DNA of 64,000 bases from Histomonas meleagridis 2922-C6/04-290x. Its lineage: Eukaryota > Protista > Parabasalia. How positions within the stretch are numbered: position 1 is the stretch's first letter; the number at the start of each line of letters is the position of its first letter. Positions 1 through 10,287 of this stretch are shown here, piece by piece. The notes below the pieces were generated by a model that worked only from the letters and a program-made list of their open reading frames with translations, was not told where the DNA came from and searched no databases. The stretch spans positions 1 to 64,000 of the forward strand of contig JAANOX010000227.1 in the NCBI GenBank assembly GCA_020184695.1. The letters run 5' to 3'. Made by a program: the position numbers and the translations under genes.

Positions 1-423
1 TGTGAAGTTTCCTTGTTTGTGAAATAAGCCGCCATCAATAGCAGAAATGTTGAGAAGCTTAGCAAAAGCAAATTTGTATACTTTGATGATTGAATCTGTA
101 ACCCACACAACACCAACAAGCTTAACCATTGCTGGAAATGTTAAAGTAATTCTTAAAGCATTCCATAATTTATGTTCGAATCTGCGGTTCAAATTGTTTT
201 TTCTGCCAAAGTAATCTTCATGAAGACTATGAAGAGATAGGTTTTGAGATGTCCATGCGCTTTCAGGGATGAAATGTAAGGCAACAGGATCAATGCATTG
301 TTCATGATATAAGGAAGCTACTGGATCAGCAGCTTCTGTAAGAATGTCCTGAAGAGCGATTAGGTCGCTTGTTTGAATGTCATTATTATTCTGCATGTTG
401 TTTTGCTTGTTCGAGTCTTCCAT
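1..423 (-). CDS. Initiator-binding domain (IBP39-type IBD) family protein, runs off the window edge
   Basis: Manual translation from ATG 423: MEDSNKQ...RRFEHKLWNALRITLTFPAMVKLVGVVWVTDSIIKVYKFAFAKLLNISAIDGGLFHKQGNFT; resembles trichomonad IBD-family proteins. Absent from the ORF track because no stop lies in the window. Confidence 0.7.
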   Translation of the reverse strand, partial: MEDSNKQNNMQNNNDIQTSDLIALQDILTEAADPVASLYHEQCIDPVALHFIPESAWTSQNLSLHSLHEDYFGRKNNLNRRFEHKLWNALRITLTFPAMVKLVGVVWVTDSIIKVYKFAFAKLLNISAIDGGLFHKQGNFT

Positions 424-1240
424 TATAAAAAGTGTCGAACCGTTAAAAAGGCGCCAATTTGGATACAAAAAGTGTTACACACTTTTAGGTTAGTTTTTTT
501 TGATTACTTTATGAGAAAAGGAAATTATTCTAAAAAGTGGCAATCTTGAACGAATTTTTATCTCTTTTAATAAGGATAAACTTAATGTTATTTAACTCAG
601 AATTTCACCAACAATTCTCCAAATTTGATAGAATTAATGAAGAAATACTTGTAAAATTTAAAAAACGATGATCACAGATTTTGATGGTAAATTGTATAGT
701 TAACCGTCCAGCATTATGTAAAGTACTTAAATCAAAACTTTAAAATAAATTGATATTGTGATGATATCATCATAGTAATATTACTTGTTTTAGCTAATAG
801 CTTTACTTTGTGTTCATCAAAATTTTATTTCTTCAACACAAACTCAACGTAAATGGTTTTATCAAAAAACAATTCTTTAAGAAATTATTTAATTAAATCT
901 GTGATTAAAATCAATTAAGCAGACACGTATTATCCCAAAAGAGCTCCGTTTAAACAAGTTAATACCAATACTAAAAACAATGATTCCAAATATTATTTAT
1001 ACAATTTATGTGGATTTAACCTATTCTGAAATATTTATTTTTTTCAATAAATTTTTAAATATAGTAAACTTTCTGAAAAATGATTACAAGTAAAAATGCT
1101 TTAATCATAGCGGCAAGTTTTTTATATATTCTGAATTTTGAGCAAAAAAGTCAATAACAAATAAAAAAAATTGGGTTTGAATTGCAAATTCAAAAAAAAA
1201 AAAAAAATAAATGCAGTCAAAGCTATTCATAAATTATAAC

Positions 1241-1777
1241 ATGATAAGTATTAGATCATGTTTCAAGAAGACGCTCTATTTATTGGTTGCACAATTTTTT
1301 TGGATTATTCTTGTGTTCCTCTTATTTATTATCTTTGTTATTGTTCACAATGGTTACCAAAATAAGTCAAAAATTCTATTCTCTGTTCTAATTACAATAT
1401 CAGTTATCCTATTTCTTATATTTGTCTCAGTCACTGTTTCTATTTTCTTAAGTGTCGACAATGGAAATATATTTATTTTGGTATTATTTATTTTATTGTT
1501 TTTCTTTATAACTTCTATTCCTATAATTTTACTTGGTTTTAATAATCAAACAATTAAGACAATTAAAGAAATCTTTACAAACACTCGGCATGAAGTAATT
1601 AGGAAAACTTTAGAGTTGATTACAAATTGTTGCCCTCAAAAAAGATGCCCAGAAGAAGTTTGTATAAAATATTTTGAAAATGGTAATGTTATTTTTATTA
1701 CTGGAATAATATTTGCTATTGCTTCGGTTTTTTGTCTGGTTAGTATAATACTTCTTATAATGGAAATTTTTAATTAA
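1241..1777 (+). CDS. Tetraspanin-like four-TM protein
   Basis: Three N-terminal hydrophobic segments, a loop with CCP...C...C, a fourth hydrophobic segment and a short tail. Start taken at the second ATG (track start 1211). Confidence 0.55.
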   Translation: MISIRSCFKKTLYLLVAQFFWIILVFLLFIIFVIVHNGYQNKSKILFSVLITISVILFLIFVSVTVSIFLSVDNGNIFILVLFILLFFFITSIPIILLGFNNQTIKTIKEIFTNTRHEVIRKTLELITNCCPQKRCPEEVCIKYFENGNVIFITGIIFAIASVFCLVSIILLIMEIFN

Positions 1778-2501
1778 AATTCATGCTCATTTTTTCACTA
1801 TTTTTACTCTTTTTAATGGATAACAAAAGCCAAATAAATGCTTTTTTATTTTTATATATAGAACCTGTTCATATGTGAGTTATAAAAATTGCTAAAAACA
1901 CTCAGCAAAAGACCTTTTAAAATCCATTTTTTGGGTTTGATCATTAGAGAATTTTATATATATATATATAAAGACATGCAACATTACACTGAAGTTTTTC
2001 ATTTTATTAAAAACATATGTTATTCGCATGGTTTATATGACCCAAATATGAAATTCATTCTTAAATCAATTATTTAATTCCCTATATTAATCTTTATATA
2101 TAAAGATGTTTTCTTTGATAAAAGATTTGTTTATTTTGCATAACTTTCAGCCAAAAAAATTTTAACTGCTTAGAAATCATATTGTATGTTTCACTATTTC
2201 TCAATGATCAAGAAGAACTCTTTGGCATGTATTTCAATCATAATTTTTTTCATTCACTATAAAATTTCATTGAAAACACGCTAACATTAACTATTTATAA
2301 TGTAAGTTTATTTACAATTGAATAAAATTTTGGAGTTCCATCTACCTGTCCTTTTTGGCATTTCTCCATTCTGAAAATGTTGGAAAGTATTCAATCTTTA
2401 TTTAGTTGGAACACTTTTGAGGCTTTGGTTTGAAAATGTTTGTCCCAACAGGATTTTGAATGGAGACACATTTTGAGTTTGATTCATTTCACTTATTTGG
2501 T

Positions 2502-3722
2502 ATGTTCTTTCTTTTGGTAGAAACAATTTATAGCATTTCAAAAGCTTATATATTGCCAGGATATAATGCTTCTCGAATGCCTGATGGATACATAAATAAT
2601 GATTATCTTTACATTCAACAAATTGAAAAATATAAAAATGGCACAATCGATAATCGTCTTCGTCAATATCTTACTTGGGCAAAAGCTAATGCTACATCTA
2701 ATTATAAGAATGAATTTCCTGCTGGACCTAATGTTTCCATATCTCAACTTGCTGGTGAATATAATTATATTTTCGTCCAATCCAATTTATCGACTTTTGA
2801 TCTTGATTTAACAAATTGTTCAAATCAAATATATCAATTTAATGATCAATTATCATCTGGCTTTAATTTAAGTATTAAATCTAACACAACTAATCTTTCA
2901 AAGGCAATTCCTATTCTTAGCTTCCAAAAAGATGTCAAGCCGACATTCCAGGGAAATGTCACATATAACACAATTGAAATTCAAAAAGAAGCATCAGGAA
3001 AATTTACAGCAAATAATCTTATTTCAGCAAGTATGGAAATATTAAATAATACTAATTTTACAGCAACAAATAAATTTTACAAGCCACAAAATAATACCAT
3101 TATTTTTGGACAAAATAAGACTATAGTTGACGGTGTACAATTACCCACAGGTGTTAATATTATAATATCTCCTTATGTATTTGAAAACACTTCTATTGTT
3201 TTGAAAATTGAAGATAATGTTACACAACTTGGTCCATTTTCAATATATTTCGATGAAACTTTTTATATGTTAGCAAATTATAAATTTGAAGATTATTTCA
3301 ACACTTTCTTTTATGCTAATAATACGAGAGAAAGAGATGCAAAGCTTATTATTGAAACTCAAGGTAATTGGACAAATTTAACAAATGTAACAAATGGTAC
3401 AGTTAATGTTACATTATATGCTACACCAGAAAATCAAAAATTCATTATTTTCAAAAATGACACTGTAGGTTTGAGACCTTTATTCAAGACAAGTTCCTTA
3501 TTTAATATTTCAGTAACACCTACAACTCCTGTTACTCCTACAACATCTCCAACATCTGCAACATCTGCAACATCTACCGCATCTATAACATCTACCACAT
3601 CTAAAACATCTGCAACACATACACCACCTACCAGTGCTTCAACTCCATCCAATGGCATAAAATTAAAGTCATTAATATCTGGGTCAATCCTACTTTTCTT
3701 GACGTCTTTATTGATTTTCTAA
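2502..3722 (+). CDS. Surface glycoprotein: signal peptide, NxS/T-rich ectodomain, Ser/Thr/Pro stalk, terminal hydrophobic anchor
   Basis: MFFLLVETIYSIS after Inr-like TCATTTCACTT; TPTTPVTPTTSPTSATS stalk; ends SLISGSILLFLTSLLIF*. Confidence 0.75.
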   Translation: MFFLLVETIYSISKAYILPGYNASRMPDGYINNDYLYIQQIEKYKNGTIDNRLRQYLTWAKANATSNYKNEFPAGPNVSISQLAGEYNYIFVQSNLSTFDLDLTNCSNQIYQFNDQLSSGFNLSIKSNTTNLSKAIPILSFQKDVKPTFQGNVTYNTIEIQKEASGKFTANNLISASMEILNNTNFTATNKFYKPQNNTIIFGQNKTIVDGVQLPTGVNIIISPYVFENTSIVLKIEDNVTQLGPFSIYFDETFYMLANYKFEDYFNTFFYANNTRERDAKLIIETQGNWTNLTNVTNGTVNVTLYATPENQKFIIFKNDTVGLRPLFKTSSLFNISVTPTTPVTPTTSPTSATSATSTASITSTTSKTSATHTPPTSASTPSNGIKLKSLISGSILLFLTSLLIF

Positions 3723-3984
3723 ATTAGGTAATTTCAAACCACTCAATAAAGAGTCAATTCTTGATTTTAATTTTTGATTATATTTTTTTTTTTATCAAAA
3801 TTGTGAATTACTTATAATAATATATTACTTAAGTGTATATTTGTGATGATAAATTCTTTACACTTGGCTTATTTTCTTGTGATGTTATTGATATAGTATT
3901 AAACATATCAACAACTTGTTTCTTCCTATTATGTTTTTCAAACTTTAATAATAAATTTATTATTATTGCTTACTTTGGTAATTA

Positions 3985-5110
3985 AAAAGGCAGTAACTTC
4001 TATTGGAGAAAATGCATTTGAATCTTGTATTTTACTGAAAAATGTTTCATTTAGGGAAGGGATAAAAGATGTTGGATAATATGCATTTGTGGATATAGTA
4101 TTGCATTAAAAAAATTTAAATGTTCTCTTACAGCAATTGGATTTTGATGTGTCTGCATATATAAGCTGTATTTTTTGATGAAGGTGTTCAGACAATTGGA
4201 TCTTTTATATTTTACAATTGTAAAATTCTTAAAACTGTTACAATTCCAAGTACAGTTTCTTCAATATCAATAAATCCATTTCTTCGTTGTGAAAGACTTC
4301 ATTATTAAAAAGCTTCCAAGAACAATCTTAATTCTTATCATGATGGCAATTTATTTGATAAAAAAAATTGCAAATCTCATTAGTTATCCAGGCGGAAACA
4401 CAAATAAAACATTAAAAATTCCAGATTCAGTTACATCGATTGAAGGAAATGCATTTAAATTGTGCCCTAATCTAATATTAATTTCATTTGGAAGAAGTAT
4501 AAATATAATATAAAGTTCTGCATTCAATTGATCTTTACAAGTTTAATAATACCAAATTCTGTGACAGATATCCAACCAAAATCTTTTTCTTCTTGCCATT
4601 GGAGAAATGTGAAAAATATTGAAGATTGTGCATTTGATGGTTGCACTTCACTAAAATGTATTTATTTTTATGGTAAAACTTATTCAACTTTTGGGGTTAA
4701 TTGTTTTCATGGTGTTCTAGCAAAATATGTTATTGTTCAAAAAAAAATTCAAAACGAAACTTTTGGAGATTTAAATATATCAAAGAAACAATTACTGGAT
4801 GCAATACAATGCCAGCACAAACTTTCACATCAACTGAAACAAATACATTTACACAATCAAATACAATTTCATCTGACATATCTTTATCACATTCATATGA
4901 TTTATCATTTACACAATCATTAAGCATTTACACTTCATATACAAATTCATTTATTTTTAGAGAAATTAATTAAACATTTACATTTATCTCAACATCAATT
5001 ATATCTTATGATACACGTCTACAATTTATTCTAATTATTTCACACCTTATACTGATTTTTATGTGAATCAAGCATTTACAAATAAAAAATGATGCAATTA
5101 CATTTACTTA
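3985..5110 (+). pseudogene. Degraded BspA-like LRR surface protein
   Basis: Fragments VTSIGENAF, LKIPDSVTSIEGNAFKLC, IEDCAFDGCTSLKCIYFYG and stalk TFTSTETNTFTQSNT in different frames, with stops. Confidence 0.75.
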
Positions 5111-5248
5111 ATAAAGAACTTAAAAGTGAATATCCGAATGATTTCAATTTAAGCATAAATATCATAATCAAGTATTTACCACGATGACAATTTTTAAAGC
5201 CACCCTAAAGGAGAAAAAGGATATTTTCGATGAAATATTCAAATAATT

Positions 5249-5596
5249 TTATTGAATAGCACTTTGCATTTGGTTAAGTTTTTGCTGACATTCTTGAAGT
5301 TTTTTTTGGCCTTCTTCTATTTTTGCTTCAATTGATTTAATTTGTCCTTTTATATACTCAAGACGTTGTTGAACATTTTGTTTGGCTTCAGATAATTCTT
5401 GTGTAACAAGTGTTGGCCCCACTTTCTTCATGATGACATCTGTTTCATTCAAAAATTCAAATTCTTCAAGAACAATTTCATTTTCTTTTTGTTGAACAAA
5501 TAACTGAGCACATTGCTCCAAAAGGGTCTGTAAATTTGCTTTAGCTTCTTCAACACTTTTTCCAGCTTCTTCAAGTGCACGTAAGTCTATTGGCAT
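5249..5596 (-). CDS. PFDN6: Prefoldin beta-type subunit, most like subunit 6
   Basis: KKVGPTLVTQELSEAKQNVQQRLEYI between coiled-coil helices; ATG at 5596. Confidence 0.8.
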   Translation of the reverse strand: MPIDLRALEEAGKSVEEAKANLQTLLEQCAQLFVQQKENEIVLEEFEFLNETDVIMKKVGPTLVTQELSEAKQNVQQRLEYIKGQIKSIEAKIEEGQKKLQECQQKLNQMQSAIQ

Positions 5597-5829
5597 CTTT
5601 GATTCTGTTCTGTTATTGCTTTTGACATTTCTAAAAGTACACAAAAATATTTGGCATTATACCAAAACGAAAAGTGCCATGATGGAAAACGTTTACAGTG
5701 TTTTGAAAGTGAATATAATAAACTATTCAAATATAAATGGTTATTTTGTGGTAAATTTTTACGATCATGAATTGAATAGTTTATAGGAAATTTTGAATAA
5801 AAAGTGCTCATCAAGTGTCAGTTTGACAA

Positions 5830-7329
5830 ATGCTTTTAATCTTCTTTTCTTTATTCATTCGAAACAATTTTTCTTTATGTCCAGTAGGAACATATACTAG
5901 CAGCTCAGGATCATGTGTTAAATGCGAAGTTGGTACATATAGTGATGAAAAAGGTTTATCATCTTGCAAAGAATGTCCACCAGGTACTTCATCACAAGAA
6001 GGGGCACGTGATTGTTACACATGCCCTAGAGGTACATATAGTCCACCAGGTCTACCATTTTGCCTTCGTTGTGATTCTGGTTATTTTAATGAACAAGAAG
6101 GAGCAACCTCTTGCACCAAATGTCCCTCTGGCCATATTTCAAACATCACAATTACTCCATCATTTGATTATTGCTATATTTGTCCAAAAGGAACACATGC
6201 CAATTCCAAAGGAACAGCCTGTCTTCCATGTGAAATTGGTTATTACAGCGACGTTGAAGGAGCTACTGAGTGTAAAGTCTGTGGTGATGGATCTGCTAAA
6301 AGCTTAGGAACAACAGAATGTTCACAATGTCCCATTGGCACATATTTATCATCATATGATCATTCCTGTGTCGGATGTCCTCGTGGCACATATTCTGATG
6401 AACCAGGTCTTCTCGAATGCAAAGATTGTCCAGCAAGATATTCATCAAATTATAGTTCCTCACGATGCTTTGAATGTCCACCAGGCACAAGTAGTTCCAG
6501 GGGTTCACTTTGTAAGAAATGCAAAGTCGGGTATTATAATGATGAATATGGGTCAGATTGTAAACCATGTCCAGCTGGGTCAGTAGCCACTGAAGAAGGC
6601 TCCACCAAGTGTACCAAGTGTCCAAAAGGCTACTATAGTGATGATGGACTCCAATGTTATACATGTCCAGATGGCACATATTCAGCACGTGAAGGAGCTG
6701 CATATTGTACACGATGTCCCGAAGGCACGTATTCATATTTCCGAAAGAATGATCATTGCACCAAATGTCCAGCAGGCACTTATAGTGATTCATCACGTAC
6801 ATATTGCGAAGATTGTCCAACTGGCTATTACACAGACACAGAAGGAAATAACAGATGCTTTGCATGTCCGCCAGGCTATACAGCGCAATATAAAGGCTCA
6901 ACGAATTGTACCAAATGTCCAAAAGGAGAATATAATCCAAATGAACATGGATACTGTCGTTGGTGCGAAAGCGGCGAATACGCAGATGAAGAAGGATCAA
7001 CTAAATGCCGCTCATGTCCACCAGGAACATATTGTCCTTCTTCACATTGCGAAGAATGCATGAAATGTCCAAAGGGTTATTACAGCTCTTATTCGATGTC
7101 TACGAAATGCTATAAGTGTTCACAAGGAAAATACGCTGATAAAGAAGGTATGGAAAAGTGCATTGATTGCCCTGCTGGTACTTACGGTATATCTGAAGGA
7201 GCTACCTCAGCAAACCTTTGCTACAAGTGCCCAGAAGGCACATACTCAAAGAAGGGCGACTACAAGTGCCGCCAATGTCAGAAGGGATACGTGCCAAACG
7301 AAGAGCAATCCGATTGTGTACCTGAATAA
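5830..7329 (+). CDS. Secreted cysteine-rich repeat protein (CxxCPxGxY, GCC2/GCC3 or TNFR-like)
   Basis: Signal peptide, then more than 20 CxxCPxGTYS-type repeats; no TM segment. Confidence 0.85.
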   Translation: MLLIFFSLFIRNNFSLCPVGTYTSSSGSCVKCEVGTYSDEKGLSSCKECPPGTSSQEGARDCYTCPRGTYSPPGLPFCLRCDSGYFNEQEGATSCTKCPSGHISNITITPSFDYCYICPKGTHANSKGTACLPCEIGYYSDVEGATECKVCGDGSAKSLGTTECSQCPIGTYLSSYDHSCVGCPRGTYSDEPGLLECKDCPARYSSNYSSSRCFECPPGTSSSRGSLCKKCKVGYYNDEYGSDCKPCPAGSVATEEGSTKCTKCPKGYYSDDGLQCYTCPDGTYSAREGAAYCTRCPEGTYSYFRKNDHCTKCPAGTYSDSSRTYCEDCPTGYYTDTEGNNRCFACPPGYTAQYKGSTNCTKCPKGEYNPNEHGYCRWCESGEYADEEGSTKCRSCPPGTYCPSSHCEECMKCPKGYYSSYSMSTKCYKCSQGKYADKEGMEKCIDCPAGTYGISEGATSANLCYKCPEGTYSKKGDYKCRQCQKGYVPNEEQSDCVPE

Positions 7330-7998
7330 AATGGAATTCATCAGTTTTACATCACATGTCTGCTCTTTTTGCTTTGATGTGGTTCCCAACGATAGAACCG
7401 AATGAATGAAAAATCATCGTATTTATACTCAAAAACTGAAGTGTTTGTGAGTGTGATTAGATCAAAGTTTAGCTACATATGAATTATTGCATGGATATGG
7501 TTTTGTTTAAAGTATATTGCTACTGCTTGTTTTTCTTTAATGAAATGGATGTGTAGACACTAATGTTCATAAAAGTAACGAGTATGCTGACAATATGCGA
7601 ATTTTTTTTATGATGTTATACGTTCGCCGGATTCTGTTCGATGTTTATGCCGTTCTTTGTTTAGTTTGTAATGATAATAATGATAAACGTTTATTTACAG
7701 CTGTAGTATATTTCCAATTTAATTTTAAATTTGCTGTTCTTTAAGAAATGGAAAATCGGATTTCATTTTATTGTTATTAGTTCTATAACTTATGCTTTAA
7801 AAATGATTTTTCACATGCAATTTAACTTACTTCAAAAGAGGATATTCATAAAAATTTGGTAGCTATCATTAAATAGCTCTAATTTGATGATAACTTTTAA
7901 TTTGTATATCTTTATTTTACGAAAAATTGTTATGCGCTTTCAAGAACGGATCTTGTGTAAACAATTGAAATCCCACCCCAAACCAGCACTTTTTGGAA

Positions 7999-8874
7999 AT
8001 GCTTCTGTTATTACATACAGTATTAGTATCTTGTGATAATATGATAGCTTTTCAAAGCGGTATTAATACAATTACATACCAAGAAAAGAATGCTCCTTCT
8101 GAAGTTAGTTTTTATACAACAAATGAAAATACTCTTATTGCCATTACACAAGTTGATAACACATCTACTAAAGTTCGGGTTGAAATGCCAATTGGTGCAT
8201 CGTCTATTGACGTTGACGACATCAATAAGCCTATATACTTCTTATAGTGCGGAAAAATTATAGTGAATTTCAGTCAAAATTCTACCATCAAGTTTTCCAC
8301 TGTAACTATACCTCGTGCTTTTTGTTCCACAGAAGTTAGAGTGATTGTTGATGTTTATTCGACAAATTTATATTTGGCTGGTAATGCAAATAACCAAGAT
8401 ATTTGTGCTTTCTATGCCACAGATGATTCAGAGCGTAGATATAATGTTACTTCCAATAATCTTCAAGGAAATACAAAATTGACAATATACAAACAAAGAA
8501 TCAACGAAAATGCTTTTGATACTTTTACTAGCGATGGAAAAATCGGAAGCCTTGGGCAAGCAATCACCACACCGCTCTTGTTTAGACTTACAACTTCAAC
8601 AGATGGTAAATATGGAAATATAAATATAAATCTCTTCTCGGAAGGAAAAACAAATGCAACTTATCAAAACCCCTTTTCAGGCTATCCTAATAGTTATGTA
8701 GTTGCGGCATCAGAAATGAAATATATGCGAAATTGGTGGATACCAATTTTGGGTTCAGTTGCTCCAGTTTTCCTTCTTTCGTCATGGGTTTACACATTTA
8801 TTAGCTTAAGGAGGAAGGAGCCCGTTGTTGTGGACGAGGGTCTTTATGATGATTTGAAAAATGATGATATATAA
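7999..8874 (+). CDS. Type I membrane protein with one in-frame TAG at 8245-8247
   Basis: ORFs 7993-8247 and 8263-8874 share a frame (TTA TAG TGC GGA AAA ATT ATA GTG). Signal peptide in the first part; TM (WWIPILGSVAPVFLLSSWVYTFISL) and acidic tail in the second. Confidence 0.65.
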
Positions 8875-8896
8875 ATTTGTCTTAATAATCTCTTAT

Positions 8897-9346
8897 TTAT
8901 TCAGCTGCTGGCTTTGATTCTTCGGTTTCTGGTTTTGTTTCTTCAGCTGGCTTTTCTTCTTCAGTTTTAGAGAAGTCAATATCTGCTGGAACATCTCCAA
9001 GATCATTGTTATCTTGTTGTTCAGGTCTCTTGATGTTAGAAAGATCCATACCAGAAATGAGATCAGTTAAAACTTCAACGATTGGCTTCTTTTCAACCTT
9101 ACCCATGATTGCATAAGTGTTGGCATGCATGTTGAAAGCAAGTTCGGGTTTTTGGAATGAGAGAGCTTCTTCACTTCCTTGTAGAATGATTGAAGCTGAA
9201 TCTAATTCACCAAATTCACGGCATCCAAGACGTTGAGCTGCGAGCCAAACCTTAAGGCCATTTTGGTTGCCGTTCTTTTGTGTCTTCTTTGTCTTACGAC
9301 GCCATGATCCACGGCCTCCTGTTTTCATTCCAACTCCTGGTGACAT
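8897..9346 (-). CDS. BTF3: Nascent polypeptide-associated complex beta subunit
   Basis: MKTGGRGSWRRKTKK basic motif and NAC domain LSFQKPELAFNMHANTYAIMG. Confidence 0.85.
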   Translation of the reverse strand: MSPGVGMKTGGRGSWRRKTKKTQKNGNQNGLKVWLAAQRLGCREFGELDSASIILQGSEEALSFQKPELAFNMHANTYAIMGKVEKKPIVEVLTDLISGMDLSNIKRPEQQDNNDLGDVPADIDFSKTEEEKPAEETKPETEESKPAAE

Positions 9347-9355
9347 TGATAGCTA

Positions 9356-9360
9356 AAAGG
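9356..9360 (-). promoter_or_regulatory. M5-type core promoter motif CCTTT
   Basis: CCTTT 10 nt upstream of the NAC-beta ATG, preceded by an M3-like GACGGTT; known trichomonad core-promoter motifs of translation genes. Confidence 0.5.
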
Positions 9361-9549
9361 CTGACCAAAACCGTCGCCGATCAAATCATACACAACTATA
9401 TTATCGTTTTCAATACAATTTTCAATGTTCATTCTATGATAAAATTCTTGTAAATGTGACAACTTTTCAGACGAAAACGATAATTTAATTATTGAATCTT
9501 TAAACGATAAATTCATTGTAATGTTTAACTTAATAAGTTCATTTTCCGA

Positions 9550-9864
9550 TACTTCTTAAACAAAAGGGAATTGCCATAAATGCTAAAGATATCGATATAT
9601 ATATATATATATAATTTATTTTTATAATTTCAAATTCCAAAATAATTAATGGAAATTTTCTAAGAAATTTAACCCAGCACTTATAATTGCAATAGAAAAA
9701 GGGTATAAAGAAATTTTTAAATTGCTTCTCGAACAAGAAGATATTGATGTTAATGCTAAAAATTTTAATTTGCTTTATATGTGATTTTTAATAATTTTAT
9801 ATTTAAATAAAACTTTTGGAAAATATTTAAATTATTTCAAACAGCAAAAAAAGTACTTTAGGGA
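9550..9864 (+). pseudogene. Ankyrin-repeat remnant with two decayed 17-nt spacer clusters
   Basis: LKQKGIAINAKD...G.NPALIIAIEKGYKEIFKLLLEQEDIDVNAKN...G.QTA; no 5' part; first spacer of each cluster off-length. Confidence 0.7.
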
Positions 9865-10287
9865 TATCTGTATTACTTATCGTTAAAGGTGCAATTGGAA
9901 GGAACATGCCAAATATTTTAATTTGAAACGGCAAAATATTTTCGGTTCTTATATAGGAAAAGATATTCTAACTTGTAAACAAAAATGATTTATCCTCTAA
10001 TACATGATAAATAATTTATCATCGTTAAAGCTTTAACGAAAATTTCACATATATTCTAAAATCATAAAAATGAATTTCACTATCATTAAAAAATGCAAAG
10101 GAAAACATGAAGGAAAAATCAAGACGAAAAAGGACGTGCGACAAGTGAAATCAGAATGTTTGATTACATTTACAATCATTCGATGATTCCACACCAATGT
10201 TTGGATGTATATTTATTTGTACGCGACAAAACTTAATAAAAATAATAAAAAAATTTCTCTTTTTCACATTTCATATAAAGTTTTTTT

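Noticed and set aside
8245-8247. Stop-codon reassignment in this genome
   Set aside because: TAG, TAA and TGA all appear as terminators of recognisable full-length genes in the window (for example EF-1beta TAA, SLX4-like TGA, DOCK TAA); conserved genes have no internal stops.
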